Shown here: piece after piece, positions 1 through 12,079 of the stretch | How the letters are laid out: each line of letters begins with the position of its first letter | How positions within the stretch are numbered: the first letter of the stretch is position 1 | NCBI RefSeq assembly: GCF_004010195.1 | Contig: NC_057718.1 | Span: 88,988,229 to 89,052,228 of the forward strand | DNA from: Chiloscyllium plagiosum | Lineage: Eukaryota | Length of the DNA stretch: 64,000 nucleotides | Direction: 5' to 3' | The notes under the pieces: model-generated | The model's input: only the letters and a program-made list of their open reading frames with translations | What the model was told of the DNA's origin: nothing | Databases searched by the model: none | Position numbers and translations under genes: made by a program

Positions 1-726
1 AATCATTGATGGCAGGAATCAAAAGCTGTTAAAGGAAGAAGATTCATTGTGTAGAGCTGCAAACAGTGGGAGTAATTTACAGCGAGCATGATTAGAACAG
101 GAACTATTTGTTAAAGCCATAGGCAGCAAGATTGATAGAGCAAAGCCATGAAGGAAACGGAAATCATTTATTGAGGTTGCGATTAGTGGGATTCCTCCAG
201 AGAGGGATGAATTCTTCACCTCACTCACAAATTAAAGCAATAACTCCTGCACCGCGGAGAAGGGACGACGAAGGTCCAAAGATTGAGGGCACCATTGAAG
301 TGATATTGCCTGGTCCAGCGGTACAGGATGCTACAAAAAAAAATTGCCTGTTTCAACACGACAGCTATCCTACAAAAATGAAATTAATAGGATTAAAGGT
401 CCTTCCAAAATACTGCAATGGAATAATCAGAGATGTCAACAGGAAAGACGTTCCCTGTGCAGAAAAGCCACGAAGTTCAAGGTCCGCCATTTTAAAGGGA
501 CTTTTAGACCTCAGCTTGTGAGGAACAGAATCCAAGTCAACAGCTTTCAGCCCAGAGATCTACTGATGTTCACAGGCAAAAAAAAAATGTTCGGAGAGAT
601 AATGTAACTCCCAGATCAATTGAATTTGTCAAGTTAGTGACTTGGGGCAGGTGTGGGACTGGTATGTACAGAGATATATCAATGTTTATAATGAAAACAA
701 AGAGCTTGGGAGGAGATTTATAATGA

Positions 727-1054
727 ATCATAGAATCCCTGGTAATTGGAAAGAGACCCTTTGGCTATCCACATCTACTCTCCATACAGCATGCCACCCA
801 GACCCAGCTCCCTACCCTATCCCTATAACTGTGCATTTCCCACCTAGCCTGCACATCCCTGGGCAATTTAGCCTGGCCAATCCACCGAACCTGCACATCT
901 TTGGACTGTGGAAGGAAACTAGAGCACCTGGAGGAAACCCACATGGACAAGGGTAGAATGTGCAAACTCCTCACTGTCAGTCACCCAAAGCTGGAATTGA
1001 ACCTAGTCCCTGGTGCTGTGAGGCAGCAGTGCTAACCACTGAGCCACTGTGCTG
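727..1054 (-). mobile_element. HE1-like tRNA-derived SINE
   Basis: Reverse complement starts cagcacagtggctcagtggttagcactgctgcctcacag (A-box-like head), contains the agtttgcacattct core and ends gggattctatgat. Confidence 0.85.
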
Positions 1055-1389
1055 TAAGGAGTGGCACGTGATGGTAGAAGGGTCTGAAAGGCTTAGTAAT
1101 GAGGTGTTCCTACAGAGATAGGTTTCTTGGGAGAACAATGTGGGTTCACAAAAGAGTAAGACATACTATCTGGGTTTTAATCATATTATTTGTAACAATG
1201 TCTATCACATCAATGTCAATTGTGTATAATTACTACCATGCAATAGATTAGAATGTTTAAGACGATAAACTATTCTTGTAAGCCTACCTTTTTTCTCTCC
1301 CCCACTAGTCTAAGCAGACCCTGTAGATCTCTAGTGATTGCAAAACCTTAGAGAGAGCAATAGTAGAAAGAACTCACACAACATGATAA

Positions 1390-2740
1390 GCAGTGGATTG
1401 CCCATGCAGCAGTTCATAAGGTTGACAGAAAAAGCACTACGTCCATGGATTGGTAGCCATTTAGAACCCAGCAATGGATGACCAAGAAACTGGTAAAGAA
1501 AGGTACATGATAATATGAACGTAATGTGATAAGCAACAAAAAAGTGGACTGTAAAAGCTTCTTTCCATATGTACAAGAACAAATGCGGCTCCCTTACAAG
1601 CAGGGACAGGAGAAATTACAATGAAGAGTCAAGAAGCTGAACAACTGCTTTGCGTTTGTCTTCATGGGTGAAGTGACAGATAATCTCCTAGAAATATAAG
1701 GGAAGCAAGGAGCTTATAAAACTGAGGAATGGTAAGAAATTACAATTGATAAAGGTGTAGTATTAAAAAAAAACTGGATTCATAGAATCCCCATGCTGTG
1801 GAAGCAGGCCATTTGGCCCATTGAGTCTACAACAACCCTCTAAAGAACATCCCACCAAGACCCAACCCCCTTCCCTATATTTCCCATAGCCAATCCACCT
1901 AACCTGCAGATCTCCGGATTGTGGGAGGAAACCTACACCAATACATGGAGAAAGTGCAAACCCTACCCAGCCACCTGAAGGTGGAATTGAACCTAGGTCC
2001 CTGGTACCATGAGGTAGTAGTGCTAGTCATTGTACCACCCCATTCAAGGTTGACACATCCTCTGGACAAGATGAGTTGCATCCCAGAGTTTTGAAAGAGG
2101 GGCGATGGAGACAATACTTTGTCGATTCTGTTAAGGTTCTTGCAGACTGGAAAGTAAACCCCACTATTTAAGAAGAGAGGGAGACAGAAAATGAAAAAAA
2201 ACTATGGACATGTTAGTTTGATATCAGTAGAATGGAAAATCTTAGAAGCCAGCATGAAGAAAATAATCATATAATTGGACAAAGTCAGCATGGATTTATG
2301 CAAGCATTTTATTGTCTGACAAACCCGTTAGAGCTTTTTGAAGACATTACTTGTAATATACATAAAGAAAACAATGGATATGGTCCATTTGGATTTTCAG
2401 AGAATTTAGTTAAGTTCACACACAAGAAGTTAGTAAACAAAAAGAAGGCAAATGGGACTGGGGGTAATACATTCCTTTGGATTAAGAATTGGATAACAGC
2501 TAGGAATGAGTAGGAAAAATCAGATCAATCTCAAGATGGTGGGCTGATACGAGTGGGGTACCATAAGGAACAAAGGCTTGAACCACAACTTTTCACAGTC
2601 TATTTAAGATGACTTGGATGTGAGGATGTTATCTTTCCAAATTTGTTGATGACGTAGAACTGGAAATGTGAATTGTGAGGAGCACGCAAGGAAATTTAGA
2701 CAGGATAAGTGAATGGGAAAAACATGGCCGATAGAATATA
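1390..2740 (+). mobile_element. Old CR1 LINE ORF2 fragment interrupted by a SINE
   Basis: Decayed RT pieces such as IGQSQHGFMQ..CLTNPLELFEDIT and WIKNW (ORF 2232-2513); aatttgttgatgac is a KFADD-like motif. Confidence 0.7.
1780..2040 (-). mobile_element. HE1-like SINE nested in CR1
   Basis: Same family motifs as 727-1054. Confidence 0.75.
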
Positions 2741-2743
2741 ACG

Positions 2744-2922
2744 TCATAGAATCATGCAGCATAGAAACAGATCCTTAGGTCCAACGTGTCCATGCCAACC
2801 AAGAATCCGAAAGTGACTAGTCCCATTTGCTTGCATTTGGCTCATATTCCTTTCCATGTACTGGTCCAAATGCCTTTTAAACGTTGTAATTGTACTCGCC
2901 TCTATCACTTCCTCTGGCAGCT
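2744..2922 (-). mobile_element. CR1/HER1 LINE 3' fragment
   Basis: Encodes KLPEEVIEASTITTFKRHLDQYM, the CR1 ORF2 C-terminus, followed by the tail. Confidence 0.8.
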
Positions 2923-3073
2923 TTGATCTGGTCATGGTGGAACAGGCTTGATGGGCCTGTTCATTCCACATAACTTGGAGCTGTTCCCTATGTTCAAAGT
3001 AGATAAGTATGATGTACCTTTTGTGAGGAAGACTGAGATTGTCAGGTATTCATTGGAAAATGGTGCAGATGGT

Positions 3074-3437
3074 AGAGGTTTATAAGATCATGAGGGGCAT
3101 GGATAGGGTGAATAACCAAAGTCTTATCCAAAACCGAAGTCCAAAACTAGAGGGCATAGGTTTAAGGTGAGAGGGGCAGCATTTATAAGGGACCTAAGGG
3201 GCAACTTTTTTGCACAGAGGGTGGTGCATGTATGGAATGAGCTGTTAGAGGAAGTGTTGGAGGCTGGTACAATTACAACATTTAAAGGGCATCTGGATGG
3301 GAATATGAATAGGAAGGGTTTAGAGGGATATGGGCCAAATGCTGGCAAATCAGACCAGATGAATTTAGGATATCTGGTCAGCATGGACGAGTAGGACCGA
3401 AGGATCTGTTTCTGCTGGACATCTCTATGACTCTATG
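3074..3437 (+). mobile_element. CR1/HER1 LINE 3' fragment
   Basis: RDLRGNFFAQRVVHVWNELLEEVLEAGTITTFKGHLD; tail ctctatgactctatga. Confidence 0.9.
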
Positions 3438-4172
3438 AGTTGAGGGTGTTCGGGGCAAGTGTTGGGTAAAGATACAAAATAATGGCACAGCTTATTGTCC
3501 ATAAGAAATAGCAAGCCAAACAATTGGGTTTGTTTCTTGAGAGATAGAAAAGCAGTGAAGTCATGCTAAACTTGGATGGAATGTTGGCTAGACCAGCCAT
3601 GGAGCAGTGCCAGCAGTGCTGGCTTCTACTTTAAAAGGAGTATGCAGAGACACTGAAAAAGTGCAAAATAAGATTTCCTGAAATAAGAGCAGAAAGGAGA
3701 GTTTATGTCTATCAGGAAAGATTGAATCGGCTAGTTTGCTCTCAGTTTGCAAGAGCAAGCATCACATAAATTTTTAAAAAGTATGCATATAGTTTGCTCT
3801 AGCAGGGGAACAACCATATGCATTATTTTTAACTTATATGATGCTGGCATTGTTGAACAGACTAGCATCTGTTTCCCATCCTGAACATCCCTTGAGAGAG
3901 TGATGGTGAGCTCCCTTTTTGAATCAGTGCAGTTCATAATGATACTGGTACATCCAGCGTGTAACAGCTGTGGTGTTCCAGATTTTTCATTTTGCGACAA
4001 TGAAGGGAATTTGATGTAGTTTCCATCAGGAAGATGTTACATTCCCCACAGGGACTAATAATTTTAAAAAAGCAAATAAATTTGAATTTTCAGTTGATAG
4101 CTGAAAGGCTGTGATGACAAGATTTAAAATTTTAAGACAGTTACAATGATAAACAAACTGGGAGTGACGTTA

Positions 4173-4391
4173 AAAACCGAGAGAACTCCGGATGCTGTAA
4201 ATCAGAAACAATAGCAGAAGTTGCAGGAAAAAGCTCAGCAGGTCTGGCAGCTTCTGTGGAGAGAAGTCAGAGTTAACGTTTCAGGTCCTCAGTTCTGAGG
4301 AAAGGTTACCGGACCTGAAACGTTAACTCTGATTTCTCTTCACAGATGCTGCCAGACCTGCTGAGCTTTTCCAGCAACTTCTATTTTTGTT
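4173..4391. mobile_element. Palindromic PLE-derived insert (family B) with hammerhead motif
   Basis: Arms ~4206-4288 and 4311-4392 are reverse complements; degenerate TSD tgggagtgacgtta (4159-4172) / tgggaggaacatta (4392-4405). Confidence 0.8.
4291..4328 (+). ncRNA. Minimal type I hammerhead ribozyme motif
   Basis: AGTT-CTGAGGA-A-AGGTT(accg)GACCT-GAAA-CG-TT-AACT: stem I AGTT/AACT, intact core, palindromic ACGT stem III, GUU triplet. Confidence 0.65.
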
Positions 4392-4821
4392 TGGGAGGAA
4401 CATTAGCTAAACAATAAAACAATATTTTTGTATAAACTATGAACAGATCTTTCATCTTTTACATTTAACACAACTGAAAATTTCACTTCATGTAACAACT
4501 TTACCTTGTCCCTTAGGTAAACATGCATCTGGTTTCCAGCATCTGCAGTCATTGTCTTTACCTGGGTGAATCCTCCAGCATCAGTTTAAATCCTCACAAA
4601 TCAGGACTTGCCAATCAGAGTGTAAACATTTCTATGTGATGAACCATAGACACACTTGGTCTCCAACTCGCTCTCTTGGCAGACTAACTTGTCTCTGAAT
4701 TTCAGGAATAACTTTTAGGAAAGCCTGTAATTCAGCCTAGCAACCCTTCTCACCGTGGCGCATCTCCACGGCAATTTGAATCAAATGGGCCTTGTATCCA
4801 GGTAGAGATGCTGATTAGGTA

Positions 4822-5010
4822 CCAGGGCGACCCCGTGTATCTGCAGAATCGGCTTCCGTGGTTTCAGTTATCCGCAGTTTGCCATGGCCCAAAAATATTA
4901 TGTGGAAGATTCCAGAACCAGGGACCAGGAGGCTGTCAGGAAGATAAATTTCCGATCTAAATGAATGTAGGTCTTGGAACGTATCCCCCATGGGTATGGG
5001 GAGCCTATTA
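4822..5010 (+). mobile_element. Tigger/pogo-type MITE resembling MER44
   Basis: Imperfect TIRs flanked by TA; ttccgtggtttcagttatccgcag..aaaatattatgtggaagattccagaa and cttggaacgtatcccc resemble the recalled MER44/Tigger7 termini. Confidence 0.55.
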
Positions 5011-5479
5011 TATTCTTTATTCGCTAACTCTAATCTCTTCTGCAACTAATGTAACTGTTCACAATCAACATTCTCAGTGTATTCTTGGAACTTTGCAGAT
5101 TGACAGTCTAATCACTGTAAACACAAACTATCGTTATCTCCAAGTGTGAATAATTTGTATCTTGTTCCCAGCAGAAAAACATACCTTTAATTTTTAATAG
5201 CCATGTAACCAAGGACTGCTGCTAGGCCGACTTAAGAACAGGTCACATATTTTATCCTAAATCAAAGACACAGTCCTAGAAGTAACAATTTTATCAAGTT
5301 AATATTGTGTGGCACAGTGATACTATCCCTGCCCCTTGACCAGACGGCCTGAGTTTAAATCCAATGCTCAAGAAGGGTGTTTGAACAGACTGCTTAAAAA
5401 TATCTTTAAAGCTTGGATGTGTAACAAAGATGCCTGAACTGGAATGGGACCAGCAGGTGTTGGTGTTCACTTGCCTTTC

Positions 5480-6660
5480 CAAGTGGTAATGGTGCCAGGT
5501 TTAGGGAGTACCATTGAGGAAGCCTTAGTTAAGTTACTACTCTGCATCTTGTAGATAGTACACATTGCTGTTCCAGTATGCTCTTTGTGGATGAAATGAA
5601 TACTTAACATGCTGGATGTGGTGCCAAATAATTGGGCAGCTTTTTCCTGTGTGAAGTTGAGCTCATCTTCAGTAAAGTACTCCATTACAGCTCTGACTGT
5701 GCCTTTTGATGATCAAAAGACTTTAGTCAGTCAGGCCATTGATCCAGAAATGCTGCAGAATTCCCAACTGCTTTTGAGATCATGGCATTTATATGGATGG
5801 TCAAGTTAAGTTTCAGGTCATTAGTGACTCCCAGGACACAAAAGGTAGGTAATGCCATTCAGTGTCAAAACGGAGGTAGTTAAAACCTTTGGTCTGAGCT
5901 ATTCATTGCCTGGAACTTGTGTGATGAAAAATGGTGTTCAGGTCTGTCTGCGTGTGGGTATAGACTGCGTCATTATTCCTCAAGCAAATGGAACCGAACA
6001 TGGTGCAATCGTTAGTGATGGAGAGAAGGTCTTTGATGAAGTAACTGATGGTGGTTGGGCCAAAGACACTACCACTAGCATTATCCTTGGACTGAGATGA
6101 TTGGCCTACAACCAGAGCCATCTTTCTTTGAGCTAGTTGTGTCTCCAGCTAATGAACCTTCCCCATGATTCCTCCGATTTCACTTCTACAAGAGCTGCTC
6201 AATGTCACAATACTGCCTTAATGCTCAGGACAGTTACTCTCACCCCATCTTTGGAATTGAATTGAGTTGTCCTTGTTTGGACCAAAGTTGTAAAGAGGTT
6301 GGAAGCTGAGTGGTCCTGAAGGGAGTATCGGTCAGCAAGTTATTGCTGTATAAATGCTGCTTCATAGCAATTCTGATGATACTTTCCATCATTTTGTTGA
6401 TGATTGAGAGTAGACTGATGGGGCTGAAAGTGCCCAGCCTAGTTCTGGCCTATTTGTAGATGAGAAATACATGGTCCATTTTTACAGTGAGATGTCAGTG
6501 TTGTCAGGCTAAAGTCACGGCCACTTCTGGAGCATAAGCTTTCAGTGCTGGGATACTGCTGCAGCCCATTGCCTATGGTATATGTTTGCTTATTTTTATT
6601 ATAGTTTGGAATAAATTGCATGAGTTGAAGTCTGTGATGGTGAGGACATCAGAGGAGTTT
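5480..6660 (-). mobile_element. Decayed non-LTR LINE (CR1/L2-clade, second family)
   Basis: Reverse-strand RT remnants (GSVFGPTTISYFIKDL..ITNDCTMF in ORF 5903-6121); homologous to 24680-25060. Confidence 0.6.
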
Positions 6661-7309
6661 GAGATATGGAGTAGTGCAGGGTCTGTATTCATCTGAGTGA
6701 ACAGGAGCAGGTTTTATTGACCGTAAGTAGAGGACAGCTGACTTGGTGTCCTCCAGACCTAGACTCCAGCTCCTTGTGCTCTGACATCAGTATGACAGAG
6801 CTCCTTTTACACACGTTCAGTAGCAACCATCAGTTTAATGGTATAATTAACCCTTTACTCTTCTGATGGATCATTTATCTCTGACTGATTATTGTCTTAA
6901 GCTGGCTCTGATCTCATTGAGGACAGGAACATTCATGAAGTTTCCAACTGTTGGTTATTTAATTATCCACCAGCATGCATGACCAAATGTGGCAGAAGGT
7001 TGCTCTGTTCCGTTGATTGTGGGATCACTTTGCTCTGTCTTTGGCATGCTGCTTTCACTCAGAGTACATATTGTCCTGTGTTCATCAAGTGGTCATCTCT
7101 GTTTAAGTCTTCTACTCTTCCCACCAAACCAGGGTTTATCCCTTGGTTTAATGACAACATTATGCAAGGCCATGGGATTACACTGTGTGATGGAATATTG
7201 CTCTGCTGCTGATGGCCTCATGTATACCTAAGTTGGAGTAGCTAGATCTGTTCTGAATCTATCAGATTTAGCACAATGCAGATAAATTTCTAGGTTGATT
7301 CTCTCTTGC

Positions 7310-7640
7310 AGTACCAAAGGGTGCATCTGTGTTGAAGGTGCTGTCGGGTCTTTCAGATGGGACATGAGATGTGGTGCCATGTAAAAGATCTCATGGCACT
7401 ACTCTGAAGATAAGCAGAAGAGTTATCCCCAGTGCCCTTATCAAAATTCAGCCCTCAACCAACATCACCAAAACACACAATCTGGACATTAGCTCACCAC
7501 TGGTTTTGTGAGTTTGCTGTGAGCAAATTGGCTACCACATTTCCTACATTGCTACAGTCATCACACTTCAGAAGTATCTCACTGACTGTAAAGATGCCCC
7601 ATGGTATGAAGATTCCAAATAACTGCATGTATTTCTACAA
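7310..7640 (+). mobile_element. Deu-domain SINE (SacSINE1/AmnSINE-like)
   Basis: gtctttcagatgggac..gtaaaagatctcatggcactact..gagttatcccc..ccctcaaccaacatcacc resembles the recalled Deu-domain consensus. Confidence 0.6.
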
Positions 7641-7969
7641 AAAATGACAGAGGCTATCCTTAAGGGGGTGTGAGAGAGTCTTTGTGGCTCATTCCTGGCT
7701 CGCAGCTACTATGTGTCTGGTTGGCGATCCACTCCAGGTGTGTTAGCCACAGACAACCACAGACACAGTCAGTGCTGAGAGCAAGCCAGTATATTTGGGT
7801 GGCTCTAAGAGCACCTGCCAAATCCAAAAACATGAAGGTGGATACGAGTGGAGAAGTGTGATCGACCAGCATGATAACACGAGGAAACATCAGTGATTCT
7901 CAGTGCGCAGATGCAACTTTGTCACCACAAGAACTGTGGTCACTCCGTTCGCTACTGGACACATGCATC

Positions 7970-8483
7970 TAGAATCATAGATTCCCTATAGTGTGGAAGC
8001 AGACAATCAGCCCATTGAGTCCACACCAACGCTCTGAACAGCATCCCACTCAAACCCAATCCCAGCCCCTTAACCAAACCCTGGAACCTTGCATCTCCCA
8101 TGGATAAAGACAAAAATCACACAATGGGTTATAGTCCAACAGTTTATTTGAAACTACAAGCTTTCAGACCCCCAGCTCCTTGCTCAGGAAGCTCGTGAGA
8201 GAGAATATATCAGACACAGAATTAATAATAAAAGATCAAAAGGTTATACAACTTATGTGAATGTATTGAACAAATCTAGATGGCTATTGAGTCTTTAATC
8301 AGTCTAATACACCTAACCGGCATATCTTTGGACTTTGAGAGGAAACTGGAGAACCTGGTGAAAACCCACACAGACACAGAAAGAACATGCAAACTCCACA
8401 CAGACAGTCGCCTGAGGGTGGAATCGAACTCAGGTCCTTGGCACTGTGAGGCAACAGTGTAGATCACTGAGCCACCATGCTGC
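7970..8483 (-). mobile_element. HE1-like SINE split by a PLE fragment
   Basis: SINE halves 7970-8106 and ~8301-8483 are collinear with the other HE1-like copies. Confidence 0.8.
8108..8300 (-). mobile_element. PLE terminal fragment (family D) with decayed hammerhead
   Basis: Reverse complement reads cctgagcaaggagctgggggtctgaaagcttg..ggactataaccc..gtgtgattttt, homologous to 57211-57290. Confidence 0.65.
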
Positions 8484-9004
8484 TCTTCATCTGCAATAGA
8501 CAGATTGAGCAGTGGACATTCAATGAGGCTCTTCATTCATGATGATCTTCTCATTAACTCATACAAGTTCAGGCTGGAAGTTATATCCTTGAAGACATGG
8601 CCAGCTCAGTCAGTAGTGTTGCAACCAAACCCACATTGAAGTACATGGCATATCCTCAGCATTGTTCCAAGCTTGTTCGACATGGAGGACACCTCTACAT
8701 CACCTGAAGTTAGGTAGAGTCACTGGGAGATTCCCCGAGATTCCAGTTGTTTTGGATCTTGCACTGTCTCCTGTTGTTCATGACCCCACTTTTTTCAGGT
8801 AATCCAAGAACCTTATCCTGTGTAGACAAACAGCTTCCAGTTGAGTATTAGCCCTCACCCAGACTCAGGAATGAGACAAGGTGTTATCATTCACACCAGA
8901 CTAGCCTCAAGCTCTTGAGATTGGGGATGGAGTGCCACTGGCTTCAGACTCTCGTCAAAGGATGGAACCCCAATCTGCTGAGGATGTTTGCTTCCAGTTG
9001 AGGG

Positions 9005-9520
9005 ATGGTGATGCAGTAGTAATATGAATGGACAGGTAATCCAGAGCCCCAGGCTAATGGTCTGCAGTGGTGGTAATTTGAATTTAGCCAATAATTCTGG
9101 AATTGAAAGCTAGCTGAGTAGTGGCCATGCAACTAGCATTTATGATTATAAAAACCCTGTTTGTAACCTTTAGGGAAGGAAATCTGCTGTCTTTACATGG
9201 TCTGGCTACATGTGATTCCAGACCCATGGCAATGTGGTTGAGTCTTAATTACCCTCTGAAATAGGAGAAAATGAGGGCTGCAGATGCTGGAGATCAGAGT
9301 CGAAGAGTGGTGCTGGAAAAGCACAGCAGGTCAGGCAGCATCCGAGGAGCAGGAGAGTCGACATTTCGATAAATTGAAATGTCAACTGTCCTGCTCCTCA
9401 GATGCTGCTTGACCGGCTGTGCTTTTCCAGCACCACGCTCTCGACTGTAACCTCTGAAATATCCTAACAAGCAGCTCAGATTCAGGATTAGGGTCGCGCA
9501 ACAGATGCTAACTCTTCAGA
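9005..9520 (+). mobile_element. Second SINE-like repeat family, interrupted
   Basis: tagggaaggaaatctgc..catgtgattccagaccca..gtggttgagtcttaa recurs at 61053-61132. Confidence 0.6.
9264..9450. mobile_element. Palindromic PLE-derived insert (family A), centre deleted
   Basis: Inverted arms; exact 11-bp TSD cctctgaaata at 9253-9263 and 9451-9461. Confidence 0.85.
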
Positions 9521-9842
9521 TGGATCATTCACTTCTGACTGAATTTGCTTTGTGTTATGCTGCCTGTGATCTGTCGTGAACACCCATAAACCGTGAGAGA
9601 ATTTTTGAAAAGTCAACCCATTCCACTCGACCTCAAGAAAAGGCTGAGAATACGGTTGCAGAACGCTGCCTTGGCCGAAAGAGAGTTTGATGAGAGGAAG
9701 TAGGAGTAAAGTAGCAAAATGTTAATGGTTAAAAAGGGGACCGTGAAAGACCTGGATGTAACATGGTGGGATAATACACACTACGATAACTTGTGGACTA
9801 TGTAATCAGGGATGACATGATATCAGATGGAATCAGGACGTG

Positions 9843-10172
9843 ACGGCACGGTGACTCGATGGTTAGCACTACTGCCTCAGAGCGCCAGGGACCCTGGCTC
9901 AATTCCAGCCTCGGGCGACTGTCCGTGTGGAGTTTGCACATTCTCCTCATGTCTGTGTGGGTTTCCTCCCACAGTCCAAAGATTTGCAGGTTAGGTGGAT
10001 CGGCCAGGCTAAATTGCTCCATAGTTTTCAGGGATGTGCTTGCTGGGGGGATTAGCCACGGGAAATGCAGGGCTAGGCTCGGGGGCTGTGCCTGGTTGGG
10101 ATGTTCTTCAGAGGGCTGGTGTTAAGTCGATGGGCCAAAAGGCCTGCTTCCACACTGCAGGGATTCTATGAT
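9843..10172 (+). mobile_element. HE1-like SINE
   Basis: cggcacggtgactcgatggttagcac head, gtggagtttgcacattctcc core, gggattctatgat tail. Confidence 0.88.
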
Positions 10173-10332
10173 GCACTCTCTTCTCTACTGTGTACTGTAT
10201 ATAATGTTTGCTAATGTTCACTATCCTGAGGCATGATCGCATCTTAGCATGGAGCTCTGAATCAATATTGAGGTCATTCAGGGCTGTTCCCTCCTTAGTG
10301 TGCCAACAACTTTGATGCTGAGCCTGTTTTCC

Positions 10333-10475
10333 TATAAAAGCAAAACATTGCAGATGCTGGAAATCTGGAACAATTACACAGGGAATGTTGAACAGTCTCA
10401 GCAGGCTGGGCAGCATCTGTGGAGAGAGAAACAGTGTTGGCATTTCAAGTCCGGTATGACTCCTCTTCTGCCGTG
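10333..10475 (-). mobile_element. PLE terminal fragment with degenerate hammerhead
   Basis: Reverse complement cagaagaggagtcataccggacttgaaatgcc..acagatgctgcc..ccagcatctgca; related to families B and C. Confidence 0.55.
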
Positions 10476-11049
10476 AGTTAGAAAGAAATTGAAGAATATA
10501 TGATTGAGGTGGGATGAAGAAGACCAGCAGAACAATTATGTGGAATATAAACACCTCATGGACCTGAGGGGCAAAATTCAGTGTCATGAATAGTATGCCA
10601 TAACTAGCAGCATCACATGAGGAATTAGACACATTTTCTGACATTACGATTGATTATGTTGTAATTCTGGAAACTTTTGATATATTTCCTCATCAATCTA
10701 TTCAGAGATGTTACAAAAAACCGTTGAAACTCATTCCCCCAGGTTCAGGGATAGGGACATTGCCACGGAACCACAAGGATCCCCTTATAAATGTTTGATG
10801 CTGTGTCTAAGTACTGATATAACTATACCAAGGCATGATCTGTTATTGATTAAATGATCTTAATTGACTAACTGAAGTTCTCTGATTACTAAAGTATTGA
10901 AGCCAATGTATGACATTGTAGCTGATTGCTGCCAATGATGATAGCAGGAACATGCTATACATCCCCTTGGTTTTGTTCTGCCTTTCAACTGGATCAGAGC
11001 TCATTTGTGAATTAACATCACTGCCTCAAATCCCTTAATACCTTTGGCT

Positions 11050-11295
11050 TGTGGAGTTTGCACATTCTCCCCGTGTCTGCGTGGGTTTCCTCCGGGTGCT
11101 CCGGTTTCCCCCCACAGTCCAAAGATGTGCAGGTCAGGTGAATTGGCCAGGCTAAATTGTCTGTAGTGTTAGGTGCATTAGTCAGGGGTAAATGTAGGGG
11201 AATGGGTCTTGGTAGGTTACTGTTTGGAGGGTCGGTTTGGACTTGTTGGGCCGAATGGCCTGTTTCCATACTGTAAGGAATCTAATCTAACCTAA
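11050..11295 (+). mobile_element. 5'-truncated HE1-like SINE
   Basis: gtggagtttgcacattctccccgtgtctgcgtgggtttcc; (tctaa)n tail. Confidence 0.85.
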
Positions 11296-11344
11296 CACCT
11301 TTGTGAAACTCATTTGATTCTGGGAGTGATGATTACCAACTATT

Positions 11345-12068
11345 CTGTCGTGGTCCAGCCATGTTGATGTAACGGTCAAGAAAGCACACCAATGCCTCTA
11401 CTGCTCAGGAGGCTGAGGAACTCCAGCATATCCACAAGGACTCTCACCAATTTTTATAGGTGCACCATAGAAAGCATCCAATCTGGATGTATCACAGTGT
11501 GGTTTGGCAGCTGCTGTTCCCAGAGAGCTGTGAACACAGGCCTGTCCATCATGTAAACCGGCCTTCCACCCACTGACTCCATCCATACTTCCTGCAGCCT
11601 TGGGAAAGCAACCAACGTCATCAAAGGCTCCCACTCCAGTTAGACTCTCTCCCACCCTCTATCGCCGAGCAGAAGACATAGACATGTACACATGTACGAA
11701 CAGTTTCAAGAACAGCTTCTTCCCTGCTGTTATTAGAAGTGGACCTCTAAAATTTAATGTTGATCTCGCTCTCTGTGCACCTTCTCTGCAGCTGTAACAT
11801 TATATTCCTCGCTCTGGGACCCTCACTGTGTCCCAATAACAGGTATTAGATGAATTGGTCTATAATTTTGTGGGTTATCATCATTAAATAGCAGACTGAA
11901 GTGTGCAGTTTTTCAATCTAAGAGTCCCTGAATGGAGGGAACTTTGCAAGATTACAGTTGATGCATTTACAGAGTTCCCTCACACACTTTGTATCGTATG
12001 ATCTGCCTGTACTGCACACAAAACAAAACTTTTCACTGTCCTTAGGTACATGTGACAATAATAAAGGA
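11345..12068 (+). mobile_element. Rex1/Babar-type LINE 3' fragment, interrupted at ~11817-11983
   Basis: Encodes VKKAHQCLY..RRLRNSSISTRTLTNFYRCTIESI and TNSFKNSFFPAVIR, typical of the Rex1 ORF end; tail catgtgacaataataaa. Confidence 0.7.
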
Positions 12069-12079
12069 AATTGAAAAAG

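Noticed and set aside
132..521. 129-aa + strand ORF as an ESR1 exon
   Set aside because: No resemblance to the ER N-terminus or zinc finger, and no convincing splice sites.
10108..10644. 178-aa ORF, and similarly 53640-54236
   Set aside because: They cross unrelated repeat boundaries; the shared LSPQMLP.LL peptide is a translation of the PLE arm.
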